Positions 38,725 through 49,774 of a stretch of 64,000 nt of DNA are shown here, piece after piece; the stretch's first letter is position 1; each line of letters begins with the position of its first letter. Location of the stretch: positions 32,001 to 96,000 of the forward strand of contig JBNGBT010000002.1 in assembly GCA_049903315.1 (NCBI GenBank), in the 5' to 3' direction. Origin of the DNA: Candidatus Cloacimonadota bacterium. GTDB lineage: Bacteria; Cloacimonadota; Cloacimonadia; JGIOTU-2. The translations under genes and the position numbers were made by a program. The notes below the pieces were generated by a model that worked only from the letters and a program-made list of their open reading frames with translations, made no database searches and had not been told where the DNA came from.

Positions 38725-38945
38725 TGCCCAATAAAGCTTCGAATAACGGTCATATACCTGTTCGAACATGTGTGATATGCAAAGAAAAAGGTTCGAAGCG
38801 CTCGATGCATAGATTTGTGATACAGAAAGGCGCTATCCTCTTTGATGAGAAAAAAAATCTCGAAGGTAGAGGATATTATTTCTGTGATAAGGAAAAGTGT
38901 AGAATTTCGTTAGACTCATGGTTGAAGAAAGTAAAGAAAAAGTAG
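38724..38945 (+). CDS. ylxR: YlxR (DUF448) family protein
   Basis: PVRTCVIC...GRGYYFC; lies between nusA and infB. Confidence 0.88.
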   Translation: MPNKASNNGHIPVRTCVICKEKGSKRSMHRFVIQKGAILFDEKKNLEGRGYYFCDKEKCRISLDSWLKKVKKK

Positions 38946-39229
38946 CAAATATGCTACGGATTGCAAGAAAAGCAAAAGCTGTTTCTATCGGCAGACTCGC
39001 TGTTGAGAGAAGCATCAAGAAAAATGAAACTAAGCTTATTTTTGCAGGTAAGAAAGAGAATAATTTCATGAGAAAACGAGCACAGGATTGTGCATCTAAA
39101 GGGATAAAGATATCTCATCTCTTTGATGATAGTGAATTAAGCACTATATTCGGACGGCAAAAACTGACCCTTGTAGCAGTAGTTGACAAGAACTTCACAA
39201 AGGGCATAAATGAGATTTTAGAAAATTAA
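38918..39229 (+). CDS. L7Ae-like ribosomal protein family (YlxQ-like)
   Basis: L.IARKA...G, ELS.IFG, VAVVD..F; conserved position. Confidence 0.8.
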   Translation: MVEESKEKVANMLRIARKAKAVSIGRLAVERSIKKNETKLIFAGKKENNFMRKRAQDCASKGIKISHLFDDSELSTIFGRQKLTLVAVVDKNFTKGINEILEN

Positions 39230-39238
39230 AGGATATAT

Positions 39239-41620
39239 ATGGATCAAATTAGAGTGTATGAACTGGCTCGCGAACTGAAGATCTCACCTCAAGCGCTTAT
39301 CTCAATTCTGAAGAGTCTCAAGGTGAAAGTGAAAAGCCACATGAGCTACCTGGAAGATGATACTGTTACTCAGGTGAAACAGATGTTCCAAGACCAGTTA
39401 GATGCCGCGAAAGCACGACAGAAGCAGAGAAAGAATTACCAGCAAGAGCAGCGGCAGAAACGCCTTGAAAAAGTCAAAAAAGAAGAAAAGAAACAAACTC
39501 AAATAAAAGAAGAGCCAAAGGAAAGAAAGAAAGAAGAAAAGGAAGAACCAAAGAAGAAATCTGAAAAACGGTACGAAAAACCAAAATATCCTTCCAAAAA
39601 ATCAGTCTCAACAGAAAAAGAAAAAGAGAAGCCAAAAGAAAAAGAAAAAACAACGGTTGAAACACCCAAAATTCTTTCTGCAAAAGAAAAAGAGAAGCAA
39701 AGAGAAAAAGCATATAAAGATAAGAAACAGAAAATTCTTGAGGAAAAACAGAAGAAGTTCTTTGATCAGCAAAAGATCAAGGGCAATATAAAAGCAACGC
39801 TCACAAAAGACCCCAAACGCAAAAAATATAAAAAAGAAAAAACAGAAGTTGAAGAAGAAGTGACCAAGATCATTATCAGTGAATTTACCTCAGTTTCCGA
39901 ACTCGCAAAGATCATGGATAAAAATCCCACTGCGATAGTTGCGAAGTTCATGGAAATAGGGAAAATGGTTACTATCAACCAACGACTGGATAATGAATCT
40001 CTTATTATGATTTGTGATGAATTCAATTTTGATGTTGAGTTCGAAGATCAATACGGGAAAGAAATTCTTGAAATTGATGAAGAAGATAGTGAGAAATATG
40101 AAGATGTAGAACGACCTCCAATAGTCGTTGTCATGGGTCATGTTGACCATGGTAAGACCTCAATTTTAGACTATATCCGTGAAGAGAATGTTATTGCTGG
40201 AGAAGCAGGAGGCATAACACAGCATATTGGTGCATATCAGGTTGAACATAATGGCAAAAAAATAACGTTTATTGATACGCCGGGTCATGAAGCTTTTACA
40301 GCCATGCGTGCACGAGGTGCTGACATCACAGACGTTGCAGTTATCGTTGTTGCTGCTGATGATGGAGTCATGCCACAGACTATGGAAGCCATTGATCATG
40401 CAAAAGCTGCAGGAATTCCCCTTATATTTGCCATTAACAAAATTGATAAACCTGCTGCTGATATCGAAAAGGTGAAAGTACAGCTCTCACAGAAAAATAT
40501 CCTTCTCCAAGGATGGGGTGGTGATATAGAATCTGTTGCATGTTCTGCGAAGACCGGTGAAGGTCTCGGAGAACTGCTGGATACAATATTGCTGGTATCC
40601 GAAGTCGAAGAACTTACTGCAAAATATGATCAGAAAGCTGAAGGTACAGTTATTGAAACCAAGCTTGATAAGGGCAAAGGTCCGCTTGCAACTGTACTCA
40701 TATTAAATGGAGTCCTTAAACCTGGTGATATTATCATATGCGGAGCTCAATACGGTCGTGTCCGACTTATGCTCGATGAACGGCAGAATGAACTTGCGGA
40801 ATGTCGTCCTTCAGGCGTTGCACAAGTTCTTGGTTTGAATGGTGTACCTCAGGCAGGTGATACCCTCAATGTTGTTGATGATGAGCGCAAAGCAAAAGAT
40901 ATCTGTTCAAAAAGGCAACAAGTGATACGACAAAGGCAGATCGCTACTGGAAAGGGAGTTACGCTCGATAATATCTTTGATAAAATCCAGGAAAGCGAGA
41001 TCACTTCTCTCAATCTTATCGTGAAGGGTGACACTGATGGCTCGGTCGAAGCATTGTGTGATGCACTCCAGAAAATTCGCAATGAAGAAGTAGGCGTGAA
41101 TGTGGTTCATCGAGGTGTGGGCGGCATTGTCGAAGCTGATATTGACCTCGCAACTGCATCAAAAGCTATTATTATTGGATTCCATGTAAGACCCAATGCT
41201 GAAGCTCGCGCAGCAGCAGAAGTGAACCATGTGGATATACGTTTGTATGATATTATTTATGAAGCTATCGACGAAGTGAAGAAATCTCTGGAAGGATTGC
41301 TTGCACCAACGATCAGAGAAGAACATCTTGGTACAGCAGAAGTAAGAGAAATCTTTAAAATTTCTAAAATAGGCACTATTGCCGGATGTATGGTCACAAA
41401 AGGAAAGATCACGAGTAATGCACTTATGAGACTTTTCCACGATGATATTAAAGTCTATGAAGGAACTGTTGAAAGTCTGAAACGTTTCAAAAACGAAGTT
41501 AAAGAAGCAACCGAGGGTCAGGAATGTGGAATTTCGATTGTTGGTTTCAATGATATCAAGGTCGGCGATGTTATTGATGCATATATTAAGATCGAGGAAA
41601 AGAAAAAATTAGAATTATAA
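39239..41620 (+). CDS. infB: Translation initiation factor IF-2
   Basis: [38 protein letters not shown]. Confidence 0.99.
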   Translation: MDQIRVYELARELKISPQALISILKSLKVKVKSHMSYLEDDTVTQVKQMFQDQLDAAKARQKQRKNYQQEQRQKRLEKVKKEEKKQTQIKEEPKERKKEEKEEPKKKSEKRYEKPKYPSKKSVSTEKEKEKPKEKEKTTVETPKILSAKEKEKQREKAYKDKKQKILEEKQKKFFDQQKIKGNIKATLTKDPKRKKYKKEKTEVEEEVTKIIISEFTSVSELAKIMDKNPTAIVAKFMEIGKMVTINQRLDNESLIMICDEFNFDVEFEDQYGKEILEIDEEDSEKYEDVERPPIVVVMGHVDHGKTSILDYIREENVIAGEAGGITQHIGAYQVEHNGKKITFIDTPGHEAFTAMRARGADITDVAVIVVAADDGVMPQTMEAIDHAKAAGIPLIFAINKIDKPAADIEKVKVQLSQKNILLQGWGGDIESVACSAKTGEGLGELLDTILLVSEVEELTAKYDQKAEGTVIETKLDKGKGPLATVLILNGVLKPGDIIICGAQYGRVRLMLDERQNELAECRPSGVAQVLGLNGVPQAGDTLNVVDDERKAKDICSKRQQVIRQRQIATGKGVTLDNIFDKIQESEITSLNLIVKGDTDGSVEALCDALQKIRNEEVGVNVVHRGVGGIVEADIDLATASKAIIIGFHVRPNAEARAAAEVNHVDIRLYDIIYEAIDEVKKSLEGLLAPTIREEHLGTAEVREIFKISKIGTIAGCMVTKGKITSNALMRLFHDDIKVYEGTVESLKRFKNEVKEATEGQECGISIVGFNDIKVGDVIDAYIKIEEKKKLEL

Positions 41621-41623
41621 TCA

Positions 41624-41905
41624 ATGCCTGTAAAAAGTGTGCTTGTAAATTTGTATCTTCCTACATCTCGTTCACTTAAGAATAAAAGAAGTATCATACA
41701 GAGTATTATAAAAAAACTAAAAAACCGCTATAATGCATCTGTTGCAGAGCTCAGCGGATTGGATAAATGGCAGCATGCAGGCATCGGCATCTCTGTTATC
41801 TCAAACGACCCAATTATTATTGATAAGACCCATTCGGACATTATAAGTTTTATCGAAACTAATTATACAGATATTCAGGTAATGAGTGTTCAGGATTACG
41901 AATAA
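41624..41905 (+). CDS. DUF503 (YlxP) family protein
   Basis: SLKNKRSI...YNASVAE..D.WQ; lies between infB and rbfA. Confidence 0.88.
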   Translation: MPVKSVLVNLYLPTSRSLKNKRSIIQSIIKKLKNRYNASVAELSGLDKWQHAGIGISVISNDPIIIDKTHSDIISFIETNYTDIQVMSVQDYE

Positions 41906-42258
41906 TGCAGCAGCATAGAATCGAACGATTGAATAAACTTCTACACCAAACCCTCTCAAGTATTATTGGTTTTGAACTTCTTGATAGTCGCTTGGAAGGA
42001 GTTAATGTAGAGTACGTAATTGTCTCTTCTGATATGCGGGACGCGACAGTTTTTGTTACTGTTTTGGATGAAGAAAAAAAAATCGTCGCACTCGAGGGTT
42101 TGAACAATGCAAGCAAAGTGATAAGGAAGAAGCTGGCTGATTCATTAAATCTCCGTTACACACCGAAATTACACTTCAAATTTGATACACAGGAACCTAA
42201 GGCGCAGCGTATCGAGGAAATAATTGAGAAAGAAAGAGAACGAAATGAATCTGAATGA
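41905..42258 (+). CDS. rbfA: Ribosome-binding factor A
   Basis: RIERL, VSSDMR.A.V, LRYTPKLHF.FD. Confidence 0.93.
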   Translation: MQQHRIERLNKLLHQTLSSIIGFELLDSRLEGVNVEYVIVSSDMRDATVFVTVLDEEKKIVALEGLNNASKVIRKKLADSLNLRYTPKLHFKFDTQEPKAQRIEEIIEKERERNESE

Positions 42259-43219
42259 GTTCAAAGAAACGCTATCCAAGCTGATCGGAAGCCACGATAC
42301 TTTCATACTTACTACTCATGAAAATTCTGATGCTGATGGAGTTGGTGCGGAATATGCTGTTTATCTCTATCTTGAAATGTTCGGAAAGAACGTGCGAATG
42401 ATAAATAACGATAAACCTTCACCTGAATGCGAGTTTCTGCACATTGGAAATAAAGTTCACACCCAGATTGAGACTCTCGACAAAAACGCAATTGTCTTTA
42501 TGCTTGACTTCAATGAGATAGATAGGGTTGGAAAAAAGTTAATTCCCTCACTTACATCGGGCAACCAGATTGTAAGGATAGATCATCATAAAAAACCTGA
42601 AACAATATTGAATTGCATTTCTTATATTGATGATACCGCTTCTTCCACATGCGAAATTGTGTTCACTCTTATCAAAGATGAACTTCCTCAATTTCCTCAA
42701 GAAGTGCAACATAAGATAGCTCTTTCTCTTTACAGCGGAATTATCTTCGATACAAACAATTTTGCAAATAAAAATGTATCTCCACAAACATTTGAAGTAT
42801 GTGCTCAACTCAAAGCTTATGGCGCTGATAATCATCTCGCTTACAAGAAGCTTTTTGAAAACAGACAAACAAGGGAATTACAGCTTCTCGGACTTACGCT
42901 TAGCAGCATTGAGGAATTCTATGATGGGAAAGTCGTCATGTATTTCACTACTCTGCAAATGCTTGCCGAGTGTGGGCTTCCGATAGAGTCTACAGAGGGT
43001 TTCTCTAAAGATGTCAAGCCGACAAATGGAAGAGAAGTTGTAATTTATATACGCGAAACTGCCAAAGATACTTATCGTGTTTCCCTTCGCTCTGATCATA
43101 AAGATGTCCAAAAGATTGCTGAACATTTTGATGGTGGGGGACATATTCTGGCTTCGGGATTTCGGGCAAAAATGAAATTGACTGACTTGAAGTTAAAATT
43201 ATTAACTCTGTTAAAATAA
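42245..43219 (+). CDS. nrnA: DHH family oligoribonuclease/pAp phosphatase
   Basis: THENSDADG, IDHH, ASSTCE, GIIFDT, SLRS, GGGH..ASG. Confidence 0.9.
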   Translation: MNLNEFKETLSKLIGSHDTFILTTHENSDADGVGAEYAVYLYLEMFGKNVRMINNDKPSPECEFLHIGNKVHTQIETLDKNAIVFMLDFNEIDRVGKKLIPSLTSGNQIVRIDHHKKPETILNCISYIDDTASSTCEIVFTLIKDELPQFPQEVQHKIALSLYSGIIFDTNNFANKNVSPQTFEVCAQLKAYGADNHLAYKKLFENRQTRELQLLGLTLSSIEEFYDGKVVMYFTTLQMLAECGLPIESTEGFSKDVKPTNGREVVIYIRETAKDTYRVSLRSDHKDVQKIAEHFDGGGHILASGFRAKMKLTDLKLKLLTLLK

Positions 43220-43228
43220 GAAATTCAC

Positions 43229-43948
43229 ATGCATGGTGTAATTTTTGTAGATAAACAAGCAGGAATGACATCCTTTGATGTGATCGCGAGTCTGCGGAGA
43301 ATAACTCAAATTCGCAAAATAGGGCACGCAGGCACATTAGATCCTTTTGCAACAGGCTTGTTAATTATCTGTATAAGCAGGCAGGCAACCAAATTTATTG
43401 ATGAATTTGCCCGATTGGACAAGACATATACAGCAACTCTAAAACTTGGTGAAAAGACAGATACTGCTGATATTGAAGGTAATGTAACAGAAGTGAGGCA
43501 AGTGCCGGATAATATTGAAAAGAATGTTGAAGGTGTATTCACTTCCTTTTTAGGAGAGATAGATCAGGTGCCCCCTCAATTTTCAGCAATTAAAAAAAAT
43601 GGAGTCCGCTTATATAAAACAGCACGAAAGGGCATTCAGGTCGAAGTTGAGCCAAGAAAAGTGTATATCAATTCATTATCATTTATGAATTATCAAAAAC
43701 CGTATCTTGAATTCCGGGCAACTGTTTCAAAAGGAACATATATTCGATCTTTAGGTGAGGATATTGCTGCAAAACTCGGTACTGTTGGTCATCTTACAAA
43801 ATTGCGAAGGGATTCTATTGGTCCATTCTCAGTTATCAATGCTTTAAAATTAGAAAATATTAATAAAGAAATTATTGAAAATTCGCTTCTACGAGTTGAG
43901 GAAGCTATAGCAACAGTTCAGAAATACTGCAATGAAAAATCTGCATAA
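43229..43948 (+). CDS. truB: tRNA pseudouridine55 synthase
   Basis: KIGHAGTLDPFATG, QVPPQFSA.K, SKGTYIRSL. Confidence 0.97.
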   Translation: MHGVIFVDKQAGMTSFDVIASLRRITQIRKIGHAGTLDPFATGLLIICISRQATKFIDEFARLDKTYTATLKLGEKTDTADIEGNVTEVRQVPDNIEKNVEGVFTSFLGEIDQVPPQFSAIKKNGVRLYKTARKGIQVEVEPRKVYINSLSFMNYQKPYLEFRATVSKGTYIRSLGEDIAAKLGTVGHLTKLRRDSIGPFSVINALKLENINKEIIENSLLRVEEAIATVQKYCNEKSA

Positions 43949-44858
43949 AATTAAAAAACATCTGATAAATCCTGTTGTCACCATTGGTACTTTTGACGGA
44001 GTGCACATTGGTCATAAAGCACTTCTTGAAAGAGTCATGGAACGAGCAAAAGCACTGCATGGGGTTTCTGTTGTTATCACATATCATCCTCATCCCATTG
44101 AGATTTTGAAGAAAAAAGTATATCCGTTCCTTCTTACGGAAAAAGTGAAGAAGGAGCAGTTTCTGAAAGAGGTTGGGGTCAATTATGTGCTGTGGCTTGA
44201 TTTTGATATGAATCTTGCGCACCTGAGTCCTGCTGAATTTATCCGCGATCATCTTTGCAAAGGGATTGGAGCCAAAGAGATCATCGTGGGATATGACTGG
44301 CATTTTGGAAAAGATCGTGAGGGAGATTATCATTGGCTTAAGAAGCTTGAACCAAAGTCTTGCTATCATGTGGAAATGGTTGATGAGGTGCTTATCGATA
44401 ATGAGATCGTTTCAAGCTCAGCTATCAGGAAATATCTGAGTATGGGAAATATCCAAAAGGCATACAGAATGCTCGGACGTGAATACTCAATTATTGGAAC
44501 TGTGGAAAAAGGGGATCATATCGGTACTGGCTTCGGTTACCCGACTATTAATCTCAAACCTGCCGAGACAAGAAAGCTGTTTCCTGCAATCGGTGTGTAT
44601 CTTACCAAAATAAAATATGCTCAAAAAATGTTCTGGGGTCTTACAAATGTCGGCACAAGACCGACCGTTGATAAAAATAATCGACAGAAAAATGTGGAAA
44701 CACACATTTTAGATTTTAATGAGCGTATCTACGAACAGAAATTTGAGCTGTTTTTTATTCAGAAACTCCGCGATGAGATTGAATTTGAATCCATGAATGC
44801 TCTTGTTGAGCAAATCAGGAAAGATGAAATTAATGCGCGAAGTATTATTGAGAGATGA
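43932..44858 (+). CDS. ribF: Riboflavin kinase/FAD synthetase
   Basis: IGTFDGVHIGH, VSSSAIR, GYPTIN, NVGTRPT, ETHILDF. Confidence 0.97.
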   Translation: MKNLHKIKKHLINPVVTIGTFDGVHIGHKALLERVMERAKALHGVSVVITYHPHPIEILKKKVYPFLLTEKVKKEQFLKEVGVNYVLWLDFDMNLAHLSPAEFIRDHLCKGIGAKEIIVGYDWHFGKDREGDYHWLKKLEPKSCYHVEMVDEVLIDNEIVSSSAIRKYLSMGNIQKAYRMLGREYSIIGTVEKGDHIGTGFGYPTINLKPAETRKLFPAIGVYLTKIKYAQKMFWGLTNVGTRPTVDKNNRQKNVETHILDFNERIYEQKFELFFIQKLRDEIEFESMNALVEQIRKDEINARSIIER

Positions 44859-44862
44859 AAAA

Positions 44863-45549
44863 ATGAGTAATTGCGCTATTATCACTGCAGCAGGCAGCGG
44901 ACGCCGTATGAACTCCGCAATGAAGAAACAGTTTATCGAGATCGGGGACAAACCGATCCTTATACATACTCTTGATACGTTTGTTGAAGCCCAGGTTTTT
45001 CAGAAAATTATCATTACATGTCCCGCATCAGATATTGATTTTTTGAATGAGTTACTCTTTCAGTTTTATGATTATGATCCCAATCTCATTATAATTATTG
45101 AAGGTGGGAGCAGACGGCAGGATTCGGTTTACAATGCCCTAAAAACTCTTAATAATAAGACGGAAATCGTAGCGATCCATGATAGTGTGCGTCCATTTGT
45201 GAAAGTATCTGAAATTCTTCAGAGTATAGAAATGGCGAAACAATATGGTGCTGTTACACTTGCGCATCCTGTAAAAAATACGATAAAAAAAGTGAAGGAT
45301 GGGCAAGTAATTGAAACATTCGATAGGGAACAATTGTGGGAGGTTTATACTCCTCAGACCTTTATCTTTGATCAAATATTGGAAGCTCACAGAAAAGCGG
45401 AAAAAGAGAACATTCCTGTGAGAGACGATGCTGAACTTATTGAGTTGATCGGGCTTCCCGTTCATGTGCTGAAGGGTACATCCCTGAACATTAAGATCAC
45501 AGATCCGTTTGATCTGATTCTAGCAAAGTTGCTGATTAAGGAGATATGA
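44863..45549 (+). CDS. ispD: 2-C-methyl-D-erythritol 4-phosphate cytidylyltransferase
   Basis: AAGSGRRM, KQF, GGSRRQDSV, IHDSVRP, TPQ, NIKIT. Confidence 0.95.
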   Translation: MSNCAIITAAGSGRRMNSAMKKQFIEIGDKPILIHTLDTFVEAQVFQKIIITCPASDIDFLNELLFQFYDYDPNLIIIIEGGSRRQDSVYNALKTLNNKTEIVAIHDSVRPFVKVSEILQSIEMAKQYGAVTLAHPVKNTIKKVKDGQVIETFDREQLWEVYTPQTFIFDQILEAHRKAEKENIPVRDDAELIELIGLPVHVLKGTSLNIKITDPFDLILAKLLIKEI

Positions 45550-46028
45550 TGAAAATCGGCTTTGGTTATGATGTACATAAATTAATTGAGGGCAGATCTC
45601 TAATACTTGGAGGTGTGCACATTCCATTTAAAAAAGGATTACTCGGTCATTCTGATGCAGATGCACTTATTCATGCTATCATTGATAGTCTTCTTGGTGC
45701 TGCGAATCTTGGAGATATAGGCACACATTTTCCAGATACTGATAAGGAATACGAAGATATATCCAGTGTACTACTTCTCGAGAAAACAAAAGCACTTTTG
45801 GATGAAGCAGAATATGTTGTTGTGAATATTGATGCAACAGTTGTTTTGGAAAAACCAAAGCTTTCTGTCTATATTGCTGATATGAAGGAAACTATTGCTG
45901 ACAAACTTGACATAGAAAGCAACCAAATCTCGATAAAAGCTACTCGAGAAGAGGGGATGGGATTTGTCGGAAATGGCGAAGGCATAAAGGTTTTCGCTGT
46001 ATGTTTAGTTGAAGAATCTAATATATGA
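45546..46028 (+). CDS. ispF: 2-C-methyl-D-erythritol 2,4-cyclodiphosphate synthase
   Basis: GFGYDVH, GHSDAD, GDIGTHFPD. Confidence 0.97.
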   Translation: MMKIGFGYDVHKLIEGRSLILGGVHIPFKKGLLGHSDADALIHAIIDSLLGAANLGDIGTHFPDTDKEYEDISSVLLLEKTKALLDEAEYVVVNIDATVVLEKPKLSVYIADMKETIADKLDIESNQISIKATREEGMGFVGNGEGIKVFAVCLVEESNI

Positions 46029-47281
46029 TAAAGAATAAGCACGTAGATACAATAATAAAAAATGCAAGTCAGCTTGTGACAGCAGCTTCAGATATTCCAA
46101 AGATTGGAAAAGACTTACAGGCTCTGGGAATAATTGAAGATGGTGCACTTGGCATTACTGATGGAATGATATCATATGTGGGGAATACAGAAGAAATTCT
46201 TAAAACTTTCACTGCTGATACAATTATAGATGCTTCAAAGAAAGTTGTGATGCCCGGTTTTGTCGATCCACATACTCATCCAATCTTTGTAAAAACGCGT
46301 GAGTGTGAATTTGAGAAGAGGTTGCAAGGGAAATCTTATAAAGAAATCTCACAAACAGGTGGGGGAATCCGTGCCAGCATTCAAGATGTGAGGAATGCAT
46401 CTTTAGAAGAACTTTTTGAGCTGGGACTCAAACGTATTAACAAAATGTTTGAAATGGGCACAACCACAATTGAAGCAAAAAGCGGGTACGGGCTTACTAC
46501 AGAATCCGAGATCAAAATGCTCAAAGCAATACAAATGATCAATGAAATTTCGGACATGGAGATCATTCCTACTTTTCTGGGAGCTCATGAGTATCCTGAA
46601 GAATATAAAAGTGATCATGAAAAATATATTGATATCTTGATAAATGAGATGATGCCAGCAGTTAAAGAGCAAAATCTTGCTGAATATTGTGATATTTTCT
46701 GTGAAGAACATGTTTTTACTGTAAGTGAATCACGAAGGATACTAAATGCTGCAAAGGAACTTGGTTTTAGAATCAGATTTCATGCAGATGAACTTGAACC
46801 TATCGGTGGGGCTGAATTAGCTGCTGAAGTAAATGCTGTATCCGCGGATCATCTCGTTGCAATATCGGATAAGGGAATCATTAGATTAAAAGAAGCAGGA
46901 GTGATACCAATTCTTCTCCCGGCAACTACATTCAGTCTAGGGCTTGAGCACTATGCCCCAGCAAGAAAAATGATCGAAGCAGGTTTACCTGTAGCGCTTT
47001 CAACAGATTTCAATCCCGGTTCGTGTAATTGTGATTCCCAGCAGTTCGTTACCAGTTTAGCATGTTTGCAAATGAAAATGCTTCCCGCAGAAGCTATTAA
47101 TGCAGTAACTATCAATGCAGCACACTCTATAGAACGCGGAAAATTTATCGGTTCGCTAGAGGTTGGCAAACAGGCAGATATCATAATACTGGACATGCCG
47201 ACATATCAATATTTACCTTATCATCTTGGAAGTAATACAGTACAAAAGGTCATCAAAAAAGGTAAAATAATAAAAAATTAA
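46025..47281 (+). CDS. hutI: Imidazolonepropionase
   Basis: PGFVDPHTH, GTTTIEAKSGYGL, TFLGAH, HADEL, SADHL, TDFNPGS. Confidence 0.96.
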   Translation: MIKNKHVDTIIKNASQLVTAASDIPKIGKDLQALGIIEDGALGITDGMISYVGNTEEILKTFTADTIIDASKKVVMPGFVDPHTHPIFVKTRECEFEKRLQGKSYKEISQTGGGIRASIQDVRNASLEELFELGLKRINKMFEMGTTTIEAKSGYGLTTESEIKMLKAIQMINEISDMEIIPTFLGAHEYPEEYKSDHEKYIDILINEMMPAVKEQNLAEYCDIFCEEHVFTVSESRRILNAAKELGFRIRFHADELEPIGGAELAAEVNAVSADHLVAISDKGIIRLKEAGVIPILLPATTFSLGLEHYAPARKMIEAGLPVALSTDFNPGSCNCDSQQFVTSLACLQMKMLPAEAINAVTINAAHSIERGKFIGSLEVGKQADIIILDMPTYQYLPYHLGSNTVQKVIKKGKIIKN

Positions 47282-47295
47282 ATGGATTATCAACT

Positions 47296-48627
47296 ATGAA
47301 AAAACATATTTTTATCATAATCTTAATCACTATTCTCCCATTTGGTCTTCTGGGTCAATCTAAAATGGATTTATCCCAATCGTCTTATCAAATGATACAA
47401 TACAATATTTCGGTTGTGGGAAATGTACGTTATCCGGGCACTTATATGTTACAAGCAGATCAGCGTGTATTCGATGCAATAAAACGTGCCAACACTTATA
47501 TTGACGAAAATGGAAATCCACGTTTTAGTCCACCTGAAAATTCTTCTACTCGAAATATCACCTTAAAAAATAAAAATGGAATTTCCATTATAGACATTGA
47601 AAGATTTCTTCGCTTGGGTGATGAAAAACATAATCCATATATTCAGGATGGGGACATTATCATAGTGCCATCAATAGAAGAAAATGTTGTTATAACTGGC
47701 GCTATAAATAATCCTGGCGAGTTAGAGCTTATAAAAAATGACCACATTTTGGATATAGTCATGCTTTCAATGGGATTTTCTGATAACGCATATTTAGACT
47801 CGATTGAAGTTGTTCGTTTTGTAAATAATTCATCCAATACCGAAATGATATTTGTTAATTTTAATGATATTTTAGATAATCCAAATAGTGAACAAAACAT
47901 TGTTTTAAAAAATGATGATAGGATATATGTAAGATCCATTCCAGAATATCATAGAAAAGAAGGTGTCCTGATTTCTGGTGAGGTGGAATTTCCTGGTGGT
48001 TACGCAATTGAGGATGGAAAAACTACGTTATACGATATTTTAATTGAGAGTGGTGGACCAACCCAAAAAGCAGATCTTCAAAATGCTTATCTTAAAAGAC
48101 AAAGTAGAGAAGATGTAGTGGATACAGAATTTGAGCGGCTTAAAATTATGTTAGTTGAAGATATGACTCCACTTGAATATGAATATTTTAAGACTAAATC
48201 AAGGGAAATGCGAGGGAAATTCGCCACTAATTTTCAGAAACTCTGGTTTGAGAATGATCCGGAGTATAATTTTTTACTTAAAACGGGTGATTTCATTTAT
48301 ATTCCAGACAAAACCGTGACAGTAACAGTTTCCGGACAAGTAAAAAATCCAGGTCTTGTAACATTTGTAGAAGGCAAAAATTATCTCTACTACATTGAAA
48401 AAGCCGGCGGTTTCGCCTGGCGTGCCCGTAAAGGCAAGATGCGTCTTATAAAAGCAAATACAGGAGAGTGGCTCAAGCCCAAAGAGGATACTCCTATAGA
48501 TGTGGGTGATATGATTTTTATTCCTGAAAAACCTGATATAGATTATTGGGTATTAACAAAAGATATAATGAGCATTGCCGCCCAGCTCGCGACAGTGATC
48601 ATAGTGATACAGAATGTATCGAAATAA
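47296..48627 (+). CDS. SLBB-domain polysaccharide export protein
   Basis: Repeated (V/I)xGxVxxPG...GDxIx(V/I)P modules. Confidence 0.85.
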   Translation: MKKHIFIIILITILPFGLLGQSKMDLSQSSYQMIQYNISVVGNVRYPGTYMLQADQRVFDAIKRANTYIDENGNPRFSPPENSSTRNITLKNKNGISIIDIERFLRLGDEKHNPYIQDGDIIIVPSIEENVVITGAINNPGELELIKNDHILDIVMLSMGFSDNAYLDSIEVVRFVNNSSNTEMIFVNFNDILDNPNSEQNIVLKNDDRIYVRSIPEYHRKEGVLISGEVEFPGGYAIEDGKTTLYDILIESGGPTQKADLQNAYLKRQSREDVVDTEFERLKIMLVEDMTPLEYEYFKTKSREMRGKFATNFQKLWFENDPEYNFLLKTGDFIYIPDKTVTVTVSGQVKNPGLVTFVEGKNYLYYIEKAGGFAWRARKGKMRLIKANTGEWLKPKEDTPIDVGDMIFIPEKPDIDYWVLTKDIMSIAAQLATVIIVIQNVSK

Positions 48628-48641
48628 AAAGGAATTCAATA

Positions 48642-49748
48642 ATGAACGATAAAGAGCTTCAAATCATTGATTATATAAAAATTATATTAACTCAGAAGAA
48701 ATTTATTATTTTAGCTATGGTTATTGTTATAATTTTAGCAGCACTTATATCCTTTATATTGCCAAAATGGTATAAGGCCACTGTTGTTTTATTACCTCCA
48801 ACATCTGAAGGTCCTTCCTTCTCTGGACTAAGTGCAAGCTTAGGAGCATTCGGACTAGGAAGTATTTTTGGTGGAAACGAAGATCAATTCAGACTTGTTG
48901 CAATCCTTCGTAGTAGATCATTACTTGAAGCTATGAATGATAAATACAATTTTCAGGAAAGATATAAATTAAAAATTCTGGATGATACCTTCAAAAAACT
49001 TCGGAGTAACATTGCAATACATATCGGTGATGAAGAGCAAATAATTTTTTCTTTTAGTAGTAAAGATCAGGATGAGGTTGCCAATATGACTAATTATGCA
49101 ATTTATTGCCTTGATAGTATCAATATTAGTTTAGCTACAAATCAAGCTATGAATAGTAGAGAATTCGTTGAGAAAAGAATCTTATTAGTTCAAGATAGTC
49201 TTTTAATTCTTGAAAAGAATATTGAAAAATTCATGAAAACTCATGGAATAATCAGTATATCAGACCAGATGACAGCTTCAGTAGAGAATGCAGCAGACCT
49301 TAAAGCTAAAATCATGAGTAAAGAGATAGAGCTAGAGCTTAAAAAAACTTATCTCGATGTTGAAAAGCCTGAAATTTTATTGCTTCTTCAAGAAATTACT
49401 TTATTGAGGAATAACTATTCAAATTTCTTTATAGATAGTGCAAATGATCAATTATTTATAAATTTTAATGAGATTCCAAAGATTGAAAGAGAATTATTAC
49501 GCTTGAAAAGGCAAGCAGAATATTATATAAAACTTCTTGAGTATTTAGGACCCCAATATGAACAAGCCCGAATTGAGGAAGCGAAAGATGTACCGACTAT
49601 TCAAGTCCTCGATAAAGCAGCCAGACCTGATAAAAGAGATAAACCAAGAAGGGCTTTATTTGTCATAAAGATTTCTATAGTTGCATTTATTATTAGTCTA
49701 TATATCGCTTATTTTAGAGGAAAGAAAAATTATCCACGATCTCAGTAA
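48642..49748 (+). CDS. Wzz/GumC chain-length regulator
   Basis: N- and C-terminal TM segments, PKWYKA, coiled coil, IQVLDKA..P....KP.R. Confidence 0.85.
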   Translation: MNDKELQIIDYIKIILTQKKFIILAMVIVIILAALISFILPKWYKATVVLLPPTSEGPSFSGLSASLGAFGLGSIFGGNEDQFRLVAILRSRSLLEAMNDKYNFQERYKLKILDDTFKKLRSNIAIHIGDEEQIIFSFSSKDQDEVANMTNYAIYCLDSINISLATNQAMNSREFVEKRILLVQDSLLILEKNIEKFMKTHGIISISDQMTASVENAADLKAKIMSKEIELELKKTYLDVEKPEILLLLQEITLLRNNYSNFFIDSANDQLFINFNEIPKIERELLRLKRQAEYYIKLLEYLGPQYEQARIEEAKDVPTIQVLDKAARPDKRDKPRRALFVIKISIVAFIISLYIAYFRGKKNYPRSQ

Positions 49749-49774
49749 TTCTTCGTTTTCTGACGGTTTGTAGT

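Noticed and set aside
37321..38769. Long minus-strand ORFs (188 and 239 aa)
   Set aside because: Antisense shadows of rimP/nusA; the same applies to the other short overlapping ORFs in the track
39400..39860. A-rich low-complexity stretch as a repeat element
   Set aside because: It is the Lys/Glu-rich N-terminal region of IF-2
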